Source: a virus
DNA: 64,000 nucleotides
IMG/VR virus record: IMGVR_UViG_3300033148_002931
Location: 6,738-70,737 of that record
Reading direction: 5' to 3' (one strand)
Both the position numbers and the translations under genes were made by a program. The notes beneath the pieces are model-generated. The model worked only from the letters and a program-made list of their open reading frames with translations, searched no databases and had not been told where the DNA came from. Positions 21,598 through 32,000 of the stretch are shown in pieces. The number at the start of each line of letters is the position of its first letter. The stretch's first letter is position 1.

Positions 21598-23142
21598 CTA
21601 TATATTTAATCTTAGTTGTCGTTTGGCATATTCAATTCGTTTTCTAGCAAATTCCAAGTTTCTCTCATATTCCTCTCTATCATCATAAGCATTGTGTATC
21701 ACTATTGATACGCCATTCTCTACAATAATACGCGGGCCGCAGTGACATTCAGTTCCATCTTCATTGTGTTCAAACCAATCATTAAGTGGCACTACATGAA
21801 TTATTTTCATCCGGAACTTCTGGTGGTACTATCTCACACACAATAACACAATCTTTATCCCAATCTCTATTGCGAATAATTTCATCACTACCTATTACCA
21901 TCACGATATTGCCATCATCCCACATTTCACAACGCAAAACATTAAATCCTCCAAATTTTTTGCTATAAGTATAATATCAATAAAATTTCTCAATTTCTAA
22001 ATCATCAAACGCCATCATATTTTTATATTCCTTATATTTTAACTATTAAGTATTCTTTAACGGTTGATCTTCCAAATTATCTCTCATGCGAATTAATTTG
22101 TCTCTTAGTTGTTCAGTGGATACCAAGTAATTAGTTATTGTTTTACTCCACTTCAGCTAGTTACCCATATCAACTTCCTTTAATTCACTAATTACACTGT
22201 TCTGAGACCCGATAAGCATTAAATATTCTTTTTTAGTTAGTTGTTCCATTATTTATTTATTCTTCTGTTACCTCTAATCTTACTTGTTCAAGAAACGCTT
22301 GTATATCTTTTAGGTCTTGAAGATGATCCCATTCCCCTTTTGTATAACGACCTCCAAGATTATATTTTTGTACTTCTTTGTTTATATAATTAGCTATTAT
22401 AACTAATTGCTTATTAGTCAACTTTCTCATTTTGTTTTTTCTCCTTTTCTAGTTTTATTTCATTATAATCTATTGTTTTTATCTTGTCATAAATTAATAC
22501 TTCTTTATCCAAACAGTCTATCATCCATTTTAGAGATTGGCGCAATTCTTCTACACTTTCACATTGAATATTTCTAGGTTCTTCTGTATAAGACCAGATT
22601 AAGTCATCATCGTTATAATATACCTCATAGATACCATACAGAACTTTATCATGTGGGTAAATTCTCTTTATTACTCTATGATTCCAATATGACATCTTCA
22701 ACCTCTGATTTTAATTTGAAATATTCCTCACTTAATTTATCATATTTACCTAATATCTCTATTATCTTTAATCCTAATTCTTCTTCGATTGGACGTGTAT
22801 TATATGATTTAATCATATCTTTCCGCGCTGGTGCGGCTAAATAAAAATCTATAATCACTCCACAATGACTACATTCTATTGTTTTATAAAACATATCGTT
22901 TTCATTATGTTCAGCACCACAAAAAGGGCATTGTTTTAATTTATTCATTATCTATCCTTATCCATCCAATGATAGTCTGTATGGTTAGAATGCAATGAAG
23001 TTTTATACCAATCAGGACAACTTATTTTTACCCAAATAAGCTGGCTGTTAGAAATAGCAACCTCTTCTCGTATTAATTGTTTGCCGCATACCTCACAATA
23101 TTTTGGTTTATTATCTAATTTATATAACAACTTATCAAACAT
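21598..23142 (-). other. Small hypothetical CDSs (21598-21810, 22414-22701, 22676-22948 Lar-like zinc finger, 22948-23142)
   Basis: ORF track; CPFCG and CEVCG motifs. Confidence 0.5.
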
Positions 23143-23471
23143 GATTATCTACTTTCCCAATGTATATTAAACATTGTATACATTGCATATCCTAACACAC
23201 CCAGCACGGCTAATATCAGTATTATTATAATAAATATTATTATTCTACATATTTTCATTTATTTTCTCTAAAACAGACTGTTTCTGCATTATTCTGAGTT
23301 ATTATGTGTATATTGAATACGTTTTGTATCCATAATGCATTTATTTTCCTTATTTATTTTTGATTTTATTCTCTACCTTTGCGGTTAGAAATATACCCAT
23401 TATCCAGAGAGTTCCTATTATTATTCCAAATATTGCTAAGTCTTCCATTATTCATTCTCCTTTCGTTTCTG

Positions 23472-24104
23472 TCAACTATTCTTATCAAAAGCATCAAGCA
23501 ATTTGAATTCGTGTACCCAAACCCAGGGGTTATTAAACCAACTAAAACCGCGCTTTGCATAAATACCATCCCATAGACTGATGAACTTGTCTATCAATAA
23601 CCAATCATCTGTGTTAGCTGTTAGCGAATTGTGATTCTCTTGCTTTATTCCTTCTGCCACAATGTCAGCATAAGATATACTATGTAATGGCTCAAACCGT
23701 ACATTCGTTATTTCAATTCTAGTTCTAATCGCGTCTTTCGTCATGTAAATAGATGGTCGCCACTTTGGGGCGTCTGGGTTTCCTTTCGCATTTTCTTCTT
23801 CCCATTCTGCGGGATAAGGTGCTAGAGTATCAGCATAGTATTCAATATGATCTTCCCCTCCATATTGAGCATCCATTATATAAGCATGACGTTCTCGGAT
23901 GTTTTTTATAGCTCCAACCTCTCCGTATGGGGATTGTATTCCTCCTCGTCCAAGAGGATAGCCTCCATAAGTTTTTATCTGTTTTTCGGTATCCCATCGT
24001 ATATTACCTGTTTCTAATTGTGGGATCATTGGATGTCGAGTTTGTGTTTTACGTCCCGCACGCAATGCTATTATCATTTCGGTATTGAATAAAAATTCTT
24101 TCAT
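23472..24104 (-). CDS. ASCH/PUA-like phage protein
   Basis: EM..ALRAGRKTQTR, SPYG, WRPSIYM, AEG, NPWVWV. Confidence 0.7.
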   Translation of the reverse strand: MKEFLFNTEMIIALRAGRKTQTRHPMIPQLETGNIRWDTEKQIKTYGGYPLGRGGIQSPYGEVGAIKNIRERHAYIMDAQYGGEDHIEYYADTLAPYPAEWEEENAKGNPDAPKWRPSIYMTKDAIRTRIEITNVRFEPLHSISYADIVAEGIKQENHNSLTANTDDWLLIDKFISLWDGIYAKRGFSWFNNPWVWVHEFKLLDAFDKNS

Positions 24105-24107
24105 TAT

Positions 24108-25947
24108 TCATTCTCCTTTTTCATCATATATTACTTCTTCTACACAACCACTGTTTATTCTAGCTTTTATCTCTCCGGCAAAGATAACTGCAAACCATAA
24201 TACAGTCTTTTCATAATAAGGCACAATTTCATCAATTGTTGGATTTACTGTATTTACTATACCCCGCGTCAATATCAAACGATGTATTTTTCTATTATCT
24301 GCTATCATTGTTATTGTTGTTGTCATTGTTCATTCTCCTTTTCATTATCATATCATAGAATATGTTATTTTACATTAGAGAATTATGAGAATTTTATTTC
24401 CGTGGTAGTGATTGATACATTCTTAGCCAACCTTCATTTCCTCCTTTCCCATGATTATCAATTCTATTGATTAAATATGACGCATCACGCACTAACATTT
24501 TAGCGCACATGGCGATTGTTTGACGCTCTTCTTCAGTAAAATGTTTACATATTACTTTAGCGCCTAAAGAGTATATCATATTGCTCATATTCTCTGTATC
24601 TTCTATAAAGTAATCAATCCATATCTCCTCTTTACTTTTGTCAAAATCATTTCCATCATTTGCAAGCTCGAATTCATTTATATTCATTTTTTATTTCCTT
24701 TTCAATTAATACAATTGGTTATATAACCAATTTGGTTGGTTTCAACTATCTTGATTGAATATCACATTTTCAACCTATTTATTTGCTAATTCTTTCCATA
24801 TTTCTTTATATTCTTCTAAGATTTTTGTAGCCGATTTATTCCAAGCAGAACTACAAGCATAAGAAATATTACACCATCCCCAATTACAAATAGGGCAATG
24901 AACATTCTGACCATAATCATAAGAAATCATCTTTGTCTTTTTATGCGGAGGTAATCCGTCTATTCCACCATTACAATAGTATTTAATCATTAGGCCTTTT
25001 CCTGTAACATTCTTTAGAACATCTAGCATCACCAGGACGCACAACTACCATCTCGGCTCCACATTTGGGACAATATTTATCCCAATAATTGCCAAATCCA
25101 TCTGTAAGATATCCCATCGCTTCTAATTCATCATCAGTGGGGAAACCATATTGAGATTGCGATCCTCTTTTTTGATATTGGAGCATTTTTATAACATTCT
25201 TATCTATATTATTGCTTAGTTTAGCCGTTTCCATCGCGCTAAATAATGTGACAAAAAACAGAAACAGCCCAGCAAAAATGAATACACCAATAGTTATAAC
25301 TTGCGTCCAAGTCATAATTGTGTATCCTCTTAACATTATACATATTGGAAAATCAAATATAAGAGCGAAAAATATAGATTGTCTAATTATCATTATTTAT
25401 TTTCTTTACCACACAATATTATCTCTTTTTACTTTGTTATATTCAATGATTTCGTAAAGTATTTTGTCCATCAAGGCTCTATTTGATTCCCAACTGATCT
25501 CATCTGTGTGATCTAGGGCAATCTCGCACAGAACAAGAATTCTTTCCAGTTCTCTTTGTGTGAATTGCTTTGACCTTTCGTCTGCATTTTGTTGCAATAC
25601 GCGAACGACATCATATACAAGAGCATGTGACCCCTCTATAAACTTTCTTATTGCTTGTTCCCTTTTCATTTCTTTATCTCCTTTTGTCTTAATATTACTC
25701 CACTTACTCAAAACTGGTGTATAATATACTCAATCCATTAGTGGAGATGAATGCCCACTGGGTATCGAAAAGCCAGAGTCGCCACGCGTCGCTGGCTTTT
25801 TTATTACTCCTCCTGGCTCTGATTGTATTTTCTAATCCCATAGATACTACAATCAGAGCACTTCGAGGGGCAATATTTATTCTTGCCATACCTAGACTAC
25901 TGCTTAGTCTAATCTGCTTCCTAAGTTATTCTTTCATTATTAGTTAA
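24108..25947 (-). other. Small hypothetical CDSs (24108-24326, 24394-24687, 24775-25044, 24983-25393, 25406-25711, 25704-25889)
   Basis: Co-oriented ORFs; start sites uncertain. Confidence 0.45.
24347..24391 (-). promoter_or_regulatory. Conserved promoter copy
   Basis: TTCTCATAATTCTCTAAT, then 21 nt, then TATGAT. Confidence 0.65.
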
Positions 25948-26016
25948 TCTTATAAACGCAGTTTTTTTATAAGACTTACGGGCGCGGGGCATAAGCCTCT
26001 GCGCGGTCCCGTTTAT

Positions 26017-26092
26017 CAGAATAGCCAGGAATCGAACCTGGGACACCACCATAAAGGTTAAGTAGCTTTTACCAACTGAGCGTTACTATTCC
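26017..26092 (-). pseudogene. tRNA-like element with degenerate anticodon arm
   Basis: Acceptor GGAATAG/CTATTCT, D-loop GCTCAGTTGGTA, perfect T-arm CCAGG-TTCGATT-CCTGG; no canonical anticodon stem. Confidence 0.65.
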
Positions 26093-26094
26093 GA

Positions 26095-26215
26095 GATGGC
26101 CGGGTCAGATCGCCCTATTCAATACGCTATAAATTGCCTGGGTACCATCAGCAGCTTATAGATAACCCAAGACAGAACCTTGGGGAATAAACAGTACTCT
26201 GCTCGCGTCACCATC
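26095..26215 (-). ncRNA. Putative structured RNA
   Basis: Closing stem GATGGT/GCCATC with an internal CCCAAG/CTTGGG hairpin; non-coding and GC-rich. Confidence 0.35.
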
Positions 26216-26237
26216 ATATAAATTGTTAATGTACTAG

Positions 26238-26350
26238 AGCGAATGGTGTGATTCGAACACTTTTACTCCCGTGCTGAACGGTATCCTGGTCGGCGTGGGC
26301 AATTACGGGGGATCAATCCCAACCAACAGCATCATCCACGCCGCATTCGC
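26238..26350 (-). ncRNA. tRNA-Gly-like shell with a long structured insert
   Basis: Acceptor GCGAATG/CATTCGC plus U discriminator; T-loop TTCGAAT; internal CGGCGTGG/CCACGCCG stem. Confidence 0.5.
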
Positions 26351-26396
26351 GTATAAATTATAAACGTTTTTCTTCCAGTGTATCGAATTGCTCGTC

Positions 26397-27340
26397 CTAC
26401 TGCATATTGTTGCGCAGGGCGTCCTCAGTAGAGTCAATTTGTATCCAATCTTTTATGCTCCTGCTGTCAGTTTGGATATGTGGTAACCACTTATACAGTA
26501 TAGCGTCGTCATCGAGTTCTATATTAAAGAATGTATTATCAATGAGAATATTAACGGAGTATTCCTCATCTTCAGAAGCATCAATACCAGCTGCTTTAGC
26601 CTTGAAGTAAATATTTGTTCTTTCGTCTATGGTAAGTCTGTATTTATTCATGGATAATTCTTTCCAATAATTGATCATGACCATTGTCACAAACTGTATC
26701 ATCCGCTGGTACATGAGCACCACATAAATAGCACTTATAGCAAAGGGGCAGACCCATTCGCGCAAATTCAGAATCTCTACATATGTAACAATTTGGATTG
26801 TAAATTTCGGGATCGGGGATAGAGGCTACCCCATCCAATAATAATATACGAGCAGGATCGTTCGGTTTTAATTTCATTATTTATTTCTCCTGTTGATATG
26901 TTTCGTTCTTCCTCTTGCCTGGGCAGGCTCACCAACCCGCTAATATTTTATTCATCCAGGAAATCTATATCATCTAATCGTTCTTCTAGTTCGCGTATAA
27001 TTCTGCTTTGTTCCCATACTCCTATTTCACTTGTAGTCAAAGACATCATTTGATCTATTACTTCATCAAACAATTCGCGATTAGTCATAGTATATATCTT
27101 GTCTAAGTATTTCTCTTGTGATAGGGATAACTTCTTCATTTTTTATTTTTCCTTTTTTATAATTAATTGGTTTATTTTATCAAGCATTAATTGAAGCTCT
27201 TTTTCTTCTTGTTCTAATTCTTGTTTTTCATCTATTCCACGAGATAATACATCATATTTTTCAAATTTTAACCAAGTTACATAATCTTGTTGTTTTCTTG
27301 CTTTTTCTTGTAGTTCTTTAATTTTAACATCTATATCCAT
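26397..27340 (-). other. Small hypothetical CDSs (26397-26651, 26644-26877 Cys-rich, 26948-27139, 27143-27340)
   Basis: ORF track and RBSs. Confidence 0.5.
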
Positions 27341-27341
27341 T

Positions 27342-28088
27342 TTATTCTCCTCTCTTTACTACACCTCTATATTCATAATTATGAAAATTAATTGTTACAA
27401 CCATTGTCTTGGGAAATTCTTCTGGAGGAGGGGGAACAGGAGGAGGCTCAGTTGTTTTTAGTATTCTATTCATATCTATTCCCTGTGATCCAAAACCATA
27501 AAGATACCCTTTAGTCTTTAATACAGTATATTGCCATATATCCCAATTTATCCAATCTCTTGGTAGATATGGTTGATTAGCAGTAGTCCAATTTGCTACC
27601 CAAAGAGGTAATTGAGACCAATAACTAGAAGGTAATACATTATGATTCCACCAACCCTGTGAGGTATAAATACCAGGATATAAACCAGAAGTAATATGTT
27701 TTTTTACATATTCACAAGCGGTTCTCAATACACTGCTAATGTAATCTGGTTGCATTCCATCACTATGTTCACAATCTAGGAATACTACACCAGGAAGCGT
27801 TTTAATGTTAGGTGTAGGTTTATCTTCCATCTGTGCCTGAAACCATTCCATTTGTTCATTTATATCATGTCCAGGTTTAAAAAAGTGATAAGCAGAAATG
27901 CCATAGGGATAATTGGCTTCGCTGGCTCTCGTGTAGAAGTCATTAAATTTGCTATCATGGTTTTGATATTTTCCATAAGTAGCTCTCATAATCAGAAAAT
28001 CAATGTCAGCTTTCTTATTCTTTTCTGGATTATAAATTCTTTGATGATAACTAATATCATTTCCTAAAATATATATTTGGTTGTTCAT
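27342..28088 (-). CDS. GH25 muramidase (endolysin)
   Basis: GNDISYHQ, RATYG, AYHFF, LDCE, IYTS, LWVA, WQYT, IDMN; Pro-rich linker. Confidence 0.9.
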   Translation of the reverse strand: MNNQIYILGNDISYHQRIYNPEKNKKADIDFLIMRATYGKYQNHDSKFNDFYTRASEANYPYGISAYHFFKPGHDINEQMEWFQAQMEDKPTPNIKTLPGVVFLDCEHSDGMQPDYISSVLRTACEYVKKHITSGLYPGIYTSQGWWNHNVLPSSYWSQLPLWVANWTTANQPYLPRDWINWDIWQYTVLKTKGYLYGFGSQGIDMNRILKTTEPPPVPPPPEEFPKTMVVTINFHNYEYRGVVKRGE

Positions 28089-28276
28089 ATGATTAACTCA
28101 TCCGCAAAAATAAAGCATAAATAGATAATAGAGCTATAAGCACTAAAGATAAAGATTGAGATTTACTATATTTCTTATTTGATAATTCATTAATAAAAGC
28201 ATTTATAAACATTATTTCTGCAATAATTAAAAAAATTATAAGTATTAATTCTATATATGCCATTTTCATTCTCCTT

Positions 28277-28477
28277 TTAGCCTATAAAACTACAGTAATT
28301 CCATATAACTAACCATCCTCCGACAGTTACAAGTCCCAGCACAATTATTCCTAATATTATATCTATATTTGATTTATTGGGCATAAGAATTACAGTAAAT
28401 GATCCTGCCAAATAACCTACCATTGCTAAAATAAAAATCAGTAAAATTCTATCTGTTGCTCCTAGTATACACATCAT
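28277..28477 (-). CDS. Small two-TM membrane protein
   Basis: Two hydrophobic segments; AAAGGAG RBS. Confidence 0.5.
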   Translation of the reverse strand: MMCILGATDRILLIFILAMVGYLAGSFTVILMPNKSNIDIILGIIVLGLVTVGGWLVIWNYCSFIG

Positions 28478-28994
28478 GTTACTCCTTTCTAAGTTTGATG
28501 CTACCTTGTTCCTTATTCGAAAATTATCAAATGAACATCATTTTCTAGTTCTACATATAAGAAAACTTTATTTAGGTTAAGTTTACTAATTAACAGAACA
28601 AGGTAGCAATAAGTTAACAGATGATATGCTTTTAAGGATTTTGTATTTACCTATAACTCTTACGTTATTCCATATCATTAAATACAGTATATCACTATTT
28701 CCAAAAAAATCAATAGTAATTTGGTTTTATTAATCTAACTCTCATAATTCTCTAAAAACAGTATGTTTTACCCCATATTTCTTCATTTTTATTTTTCATT
28801 TTTTTTAATTCCAGAGAGACAATTTTACCTGTTTTCTGTAAAACAGTATGTTTTTACCTATTTTTCTCTGTTTTTAGCTTGTTTTTCTTCAAAAATATTG
28901 ATTTTCTGATAAAAAATTTGAAATTTCTGGCCATTAATTAATTAATAACTTTATTAATTTATAAATATACTTTCCTTCGGTTTAACGCCCTGAT

Positions 28995-29022
28995 ATTATA
29001 CCTAAGAATTTCGTTTTGTCAA
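28995..29022 (-). promoter_or_regulatory. Sigma70 promoter (leftward)
   Basis: TTGACA-16nt-TATAAT on the minus strand. Confidence 0.75.
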
Positions 29023-29054
29023 GGGGGAAAATAAAATTACTAGAAAACAAGTCA

Positions 29055-29082
29055 TTGACATATTTCCCGATGATGCTATAAT
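29055..29082 (+). promoter_or_regulatory. Sigma70 promoter (rightward, late operon)
   Basis: TTGACA-16nt-TATAAT with extended TG. Confidence 0.8.
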
Positions 29083-29119
29083 ATAGATGATATAATAATA
29101 TTAATAAAGGAGAAATAAA

Positions 29120-29518
29120 ATGATTAGAATAGGAGCACCTAGAATATTAGATGGAAAAGAGTGTTTTGATCTCTGGAATAAGTTAGGAAGCCTAAAGAAA
29201 GTAAGTCAGGAATTTGAACGTAGAGGAATGACTGGAAAGAATGGAAAAGGTCATCCCACTGGTACTACTGTTGCTAATTCTGCCTGGAGATATGTACTTA
29301 GTCATTTAGATGAAGCAAGATTAGAAATGGAAAAGTATGGGGTTTTCTTTGATACTGATACCGAGTGGAATGAAGTGGTTGTTACAAAAGCTACTTACAT
29401 TCTGGGTTCGTCTAGGAAAAGATTTTTTAGATGGATAGAGGAAAATGATTTTTGGGATTATGCCTATGTATTCGAAACAAGAATGGGAAAAGCTGATCGC
29501 AACGAAGTACAAAAATAG
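29120..29518 (+). CDS. Putative HTH DNA-binding protein
   Basis: LGSLKKVSQEFERRG...TTVANSAW; AAAGGAG RBS. Confidence 0.45.
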   Translation: MIRIGAPRILDGKECFDLWNKLGSLKKVSQEFERRGMTGKNGKGHPTGTTVANSAWRYVLSHLDEARLEMEKYGVFFDTDTEWNEVVVTKATYILGSSRKRFFRWIEENDFWDYAYVFETRMGKADRNEVQK

Positions 29519-29738
29519 ATGTATAATTTGTATGCAACCTTATGACACAATACACGAGATAATACCCAAGTCCCAAAGACCAAAAACCTGGCAAACTAAG
29601 GATAATTGTATTCCTGTGTGTAACAAATGTCATACAATGATACATGCTGCTGGGGCTAAAACATACGTTATGACACTTAGAGGATTACAAAAACAAAGGA
29701 TAAAAGACTTTGGCACACAAATATCTAAAAACAACTAA
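29445..29738 (+). CDS. HNH endonuclease
   Basis: CIIC...HEIIPKS...NCIPVCNKCHTMIH; next to the terminase genes. Confidence 0.85.
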   Translation: MIFGIMPMYSKQEWEKLIATKYKNRCIICMQPYDTIHEIIPKSQRPKTWQTKDNCIPVCNKCHTMIHAAGAKTYVMTLRGLQKQRIKDFGTQISKNN

Positions 29739-30267
29739 ACCTAAAAACTTTACTGCTGACTATAAAGAAGATTGTTTTTACCAATGGTATAGCTTAGGTA
29801 AACCTAGTATGCAAGTATTCTCCGCAAAGGCTAATCCTGATATTGATGGGTTTGTACCCAGCAAAGCATCATTCGATAGTTGGTCTAAAGAATGGAGAGA
29901 AAGAGCGCGGATTCTGGATGAACAAGTAATGAGAGAACTTGAAACCAGAATGGTTGCTGAAAAAGTAGAAATGCTCAGACGGCACGCTGATGTGGGGAAA
30001 GATATGCAGGATATTGCAATAGAATATTTAGATAAAGAAGAAAACATAAAGAAAGTTACACCTTCTGTTGCTCTAAGATTACTGGTAGAAGGAATAAAGA
30101 TAGAAAGAGCATCTAGGGGAATGCCTGATGTTCTGGAAGAAGCAATAAATAAGTCTGACGAGGAATTGATGGATGATATAGCAGGATTATTCGAAAAGAC
30201 AAATATGGAGATAACAGAAGATGAAGGAGAACCCCCAAACCACTTCCTGCCCGATTTGCAAGGGTAA
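29710..30267 (+). CDS. terS: Probable terminase small subunit
   Basis: Helical W..EWRERA..LD pattern; lies upstream of TerL. Confidence 0.6.
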   Translation: MAHKYLKTTKPKNFTADYKEDCFYQWYSLGKPSMQVFSAKANPDIDGFVPSKASFDSWSKEWRERARILDEQVMRELETRMVAEKVEMLRRHADVGKDMQDIAIEYLDKEENIKKVTPSVALRLLVEGIKIERASRGMPDVLEEAINKSDEELMDDIAGLFEKTNMEITEDEGEPPNHFLPDLQG

Positions 30268-30452
30268 TTACCTAGATATATGGGACTCTGAGGAAGTATG
30301 TGAGGAACATAGTGATTGGGTAGTAACTTTTTGCCTATATTGTAAAAACCATTGTTTTAGTTTGATACCAGGGATGTGTTTGGGATGCTTTCAGAATTTT
30401 TTATTAGATGAAAGAATACAACAAAACATAGATTTAAGTTTAATAATAGATA

Positions 30453-31964
30453 ATGCCAATACTTCATAAACAGACTGTTTTATCTAAAAAAGAAAAACAA
30501 CAATTAAAAGCGTATTTGGCAGAAATGAGGTCTAGGGGGTTAGAAATACCTGAAGAAATAAAACAAAAGATAAGAAAAACAGAAGTCGCTTGGCCCGTTT
30601 CCAAAGAAGGTTATCTTATAAAAAATACTGGGTTATTGTATAATGCCTCAGAAGCACAAGCAAGTTTTATTGCAAATAAATCGCGGTTCTCATTATTTGT
30701 GGGCGGCAGGGGAAGTGGAAAATCGGCAGCGGGAGCACAAAAAGCACTCCATAAAATAATGGAAGGTCAGTCTGGGGCTATTTATAATCCAGATTTTGAA
30801 AATTTCAAGGTGTCTACATGGCCTGAGTTTAAGGATTGGATACCTTGGCAACACATAGTACCTGCTCATCAATATAGAGCAAAGGAAGAATATGACCCAT
30901 CACGCCCATTTTCTCTTGTATTTAATAATGGTGCAAGAGTATATTGCAAAGGATTAAAAGACCCTGGAAGCGCTCGTGGCCCTAATATCAATTGGCTTTG
31001 GTATGATGAGGCCGGTAGAGACCATGATGGAATGTCTTGGAAAGTGGCTATTGCTTCTGTTCGTATTGGTACAAATCCCCAAGCATGGTGCACTGCTACT
31101 GGACGTGGTAAGTCTCACTGGATGTATGAGTTCTTTGTAGAACAAAACTTTCCTCCTGATATACAAGGAGTAATTGATGATTTGCTAAAAGATTACCCTG
31201 ATGATATAAATTTAATTGATTGGTTTAAAGGTTCAATTGAAGATAATAAAGATAACCTTGATCCATTCTTTTATGCATCCATGTTAGCCAGTTATCCAGC
31301 AGGATACCTGCGAGAACAGGAATTATACGGTGAGTTTGCAGATGAGGGGGGTGCATTAGGAGATGCTTCTTGGTTCAATGGCAAGATAGTTCCTGCCCCT
31401 CCTAAAACAGTAAAATCAAGAGTAAGATATTGGGATTTGGCAGCTTCTGAAGTAAAAATAGTAAGAGGAAAGAAAAGAACTGATCCTGATGAGACTGTTG
31501 GAACATTGTTATCTCATGTTCCAACTGAGGATATACAAGATGATTTTTATATTGAACATCAAAGATCAGGGCAATGGGAATGGGATGATATAATAAAAAA
31601 TATAGTAGAAGTAGCGGAGATGGATGGTGCATTTGTACCTATTTACATAGAACAAGAACCGGCGGCAGGCGGTAAGAACCAAGTAGCTGCAATAAAAAAA
31701 GAAGTAAATGCTGTATTGCCTGCTTGGACAGTACATGGACATAGACCAGAAGGTGATAAGGTTATTAGAGCTAATATATGGTTCGGTGAAGCCGCTAATG
31801 GTCACTTCCGAATGGTGCAGGGTAATTGGAATGATGGTTTTCTTAAGCAACTATCTTCATTCCCACATGGTAGACATGATGATAAAATAGATAGTGTTAG
31901 CGGAGCAAGAATTTGTTGCGCACCATTACGAAAATGGAAACATATAGACTTCTTGTCACTTTAA
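30453..31964 (+). CDS. terL: Terminase large subunit
   Basis: Walker A GGRGSGKS, Walker B WYDEAG, nuclease motifs YWDLA and HDDKIDS. Confidence 0.95.
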   Translation: MPILHKQTVLSKKEKQQLKAYLAEMRSRGLEIPEEIKQKIRKTEVAWPVSKEGYLIKNTGLLYNASEAQASFIANKSRFSLFVGGRGSGKSAAGAQKALHKIMEGQSGAIYNPDFENFKVSTWPEFKDWIPWQHIVPAHQYRAKEEYDPSRPFSLVFNNGARVYCKGLKDPGSARGPNINWLWYDEAGRDHDGMSWKVAIASVRIGTNPQAWCTATGRGKSHWMYEFFVEQNFPPDIQGVIDDLLKDYPDDINLIDWFKGSIEDNKDNLDPFFYASMLASYPAGYLREQELYGEFADEGGALGDASWFNGKIVPAPPKTVKSRVRYWDLAASEVKIVRGKKRTDPDETVGTLLSHVPTEDIQDDFYIEHQRSGQWEWDDIIKNIVEVAEMDGAFVPIYIEQEPAAGGKNQVAAIKKEVNAVLPAWTVHGHRPEGDKVIRANIWFGEAANGHFRMVQGNWNDGFLKQLSSFPHGRHDDKIDSVSGARICCAPLRKWKHIDFLSL

Positions 31965-32000
31965 TTAGTGTTATAATATATTCGCGCGTATTGGTGAAAT

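Noticed and set aside
26017-26092. Functional ochre (TTA) suppressor tRNA or stop-codon recoding
   Set aside because: The anticodon stem does not pair canonically, and long genes are intact in the standard code, ending with TAA, TAG and TGA
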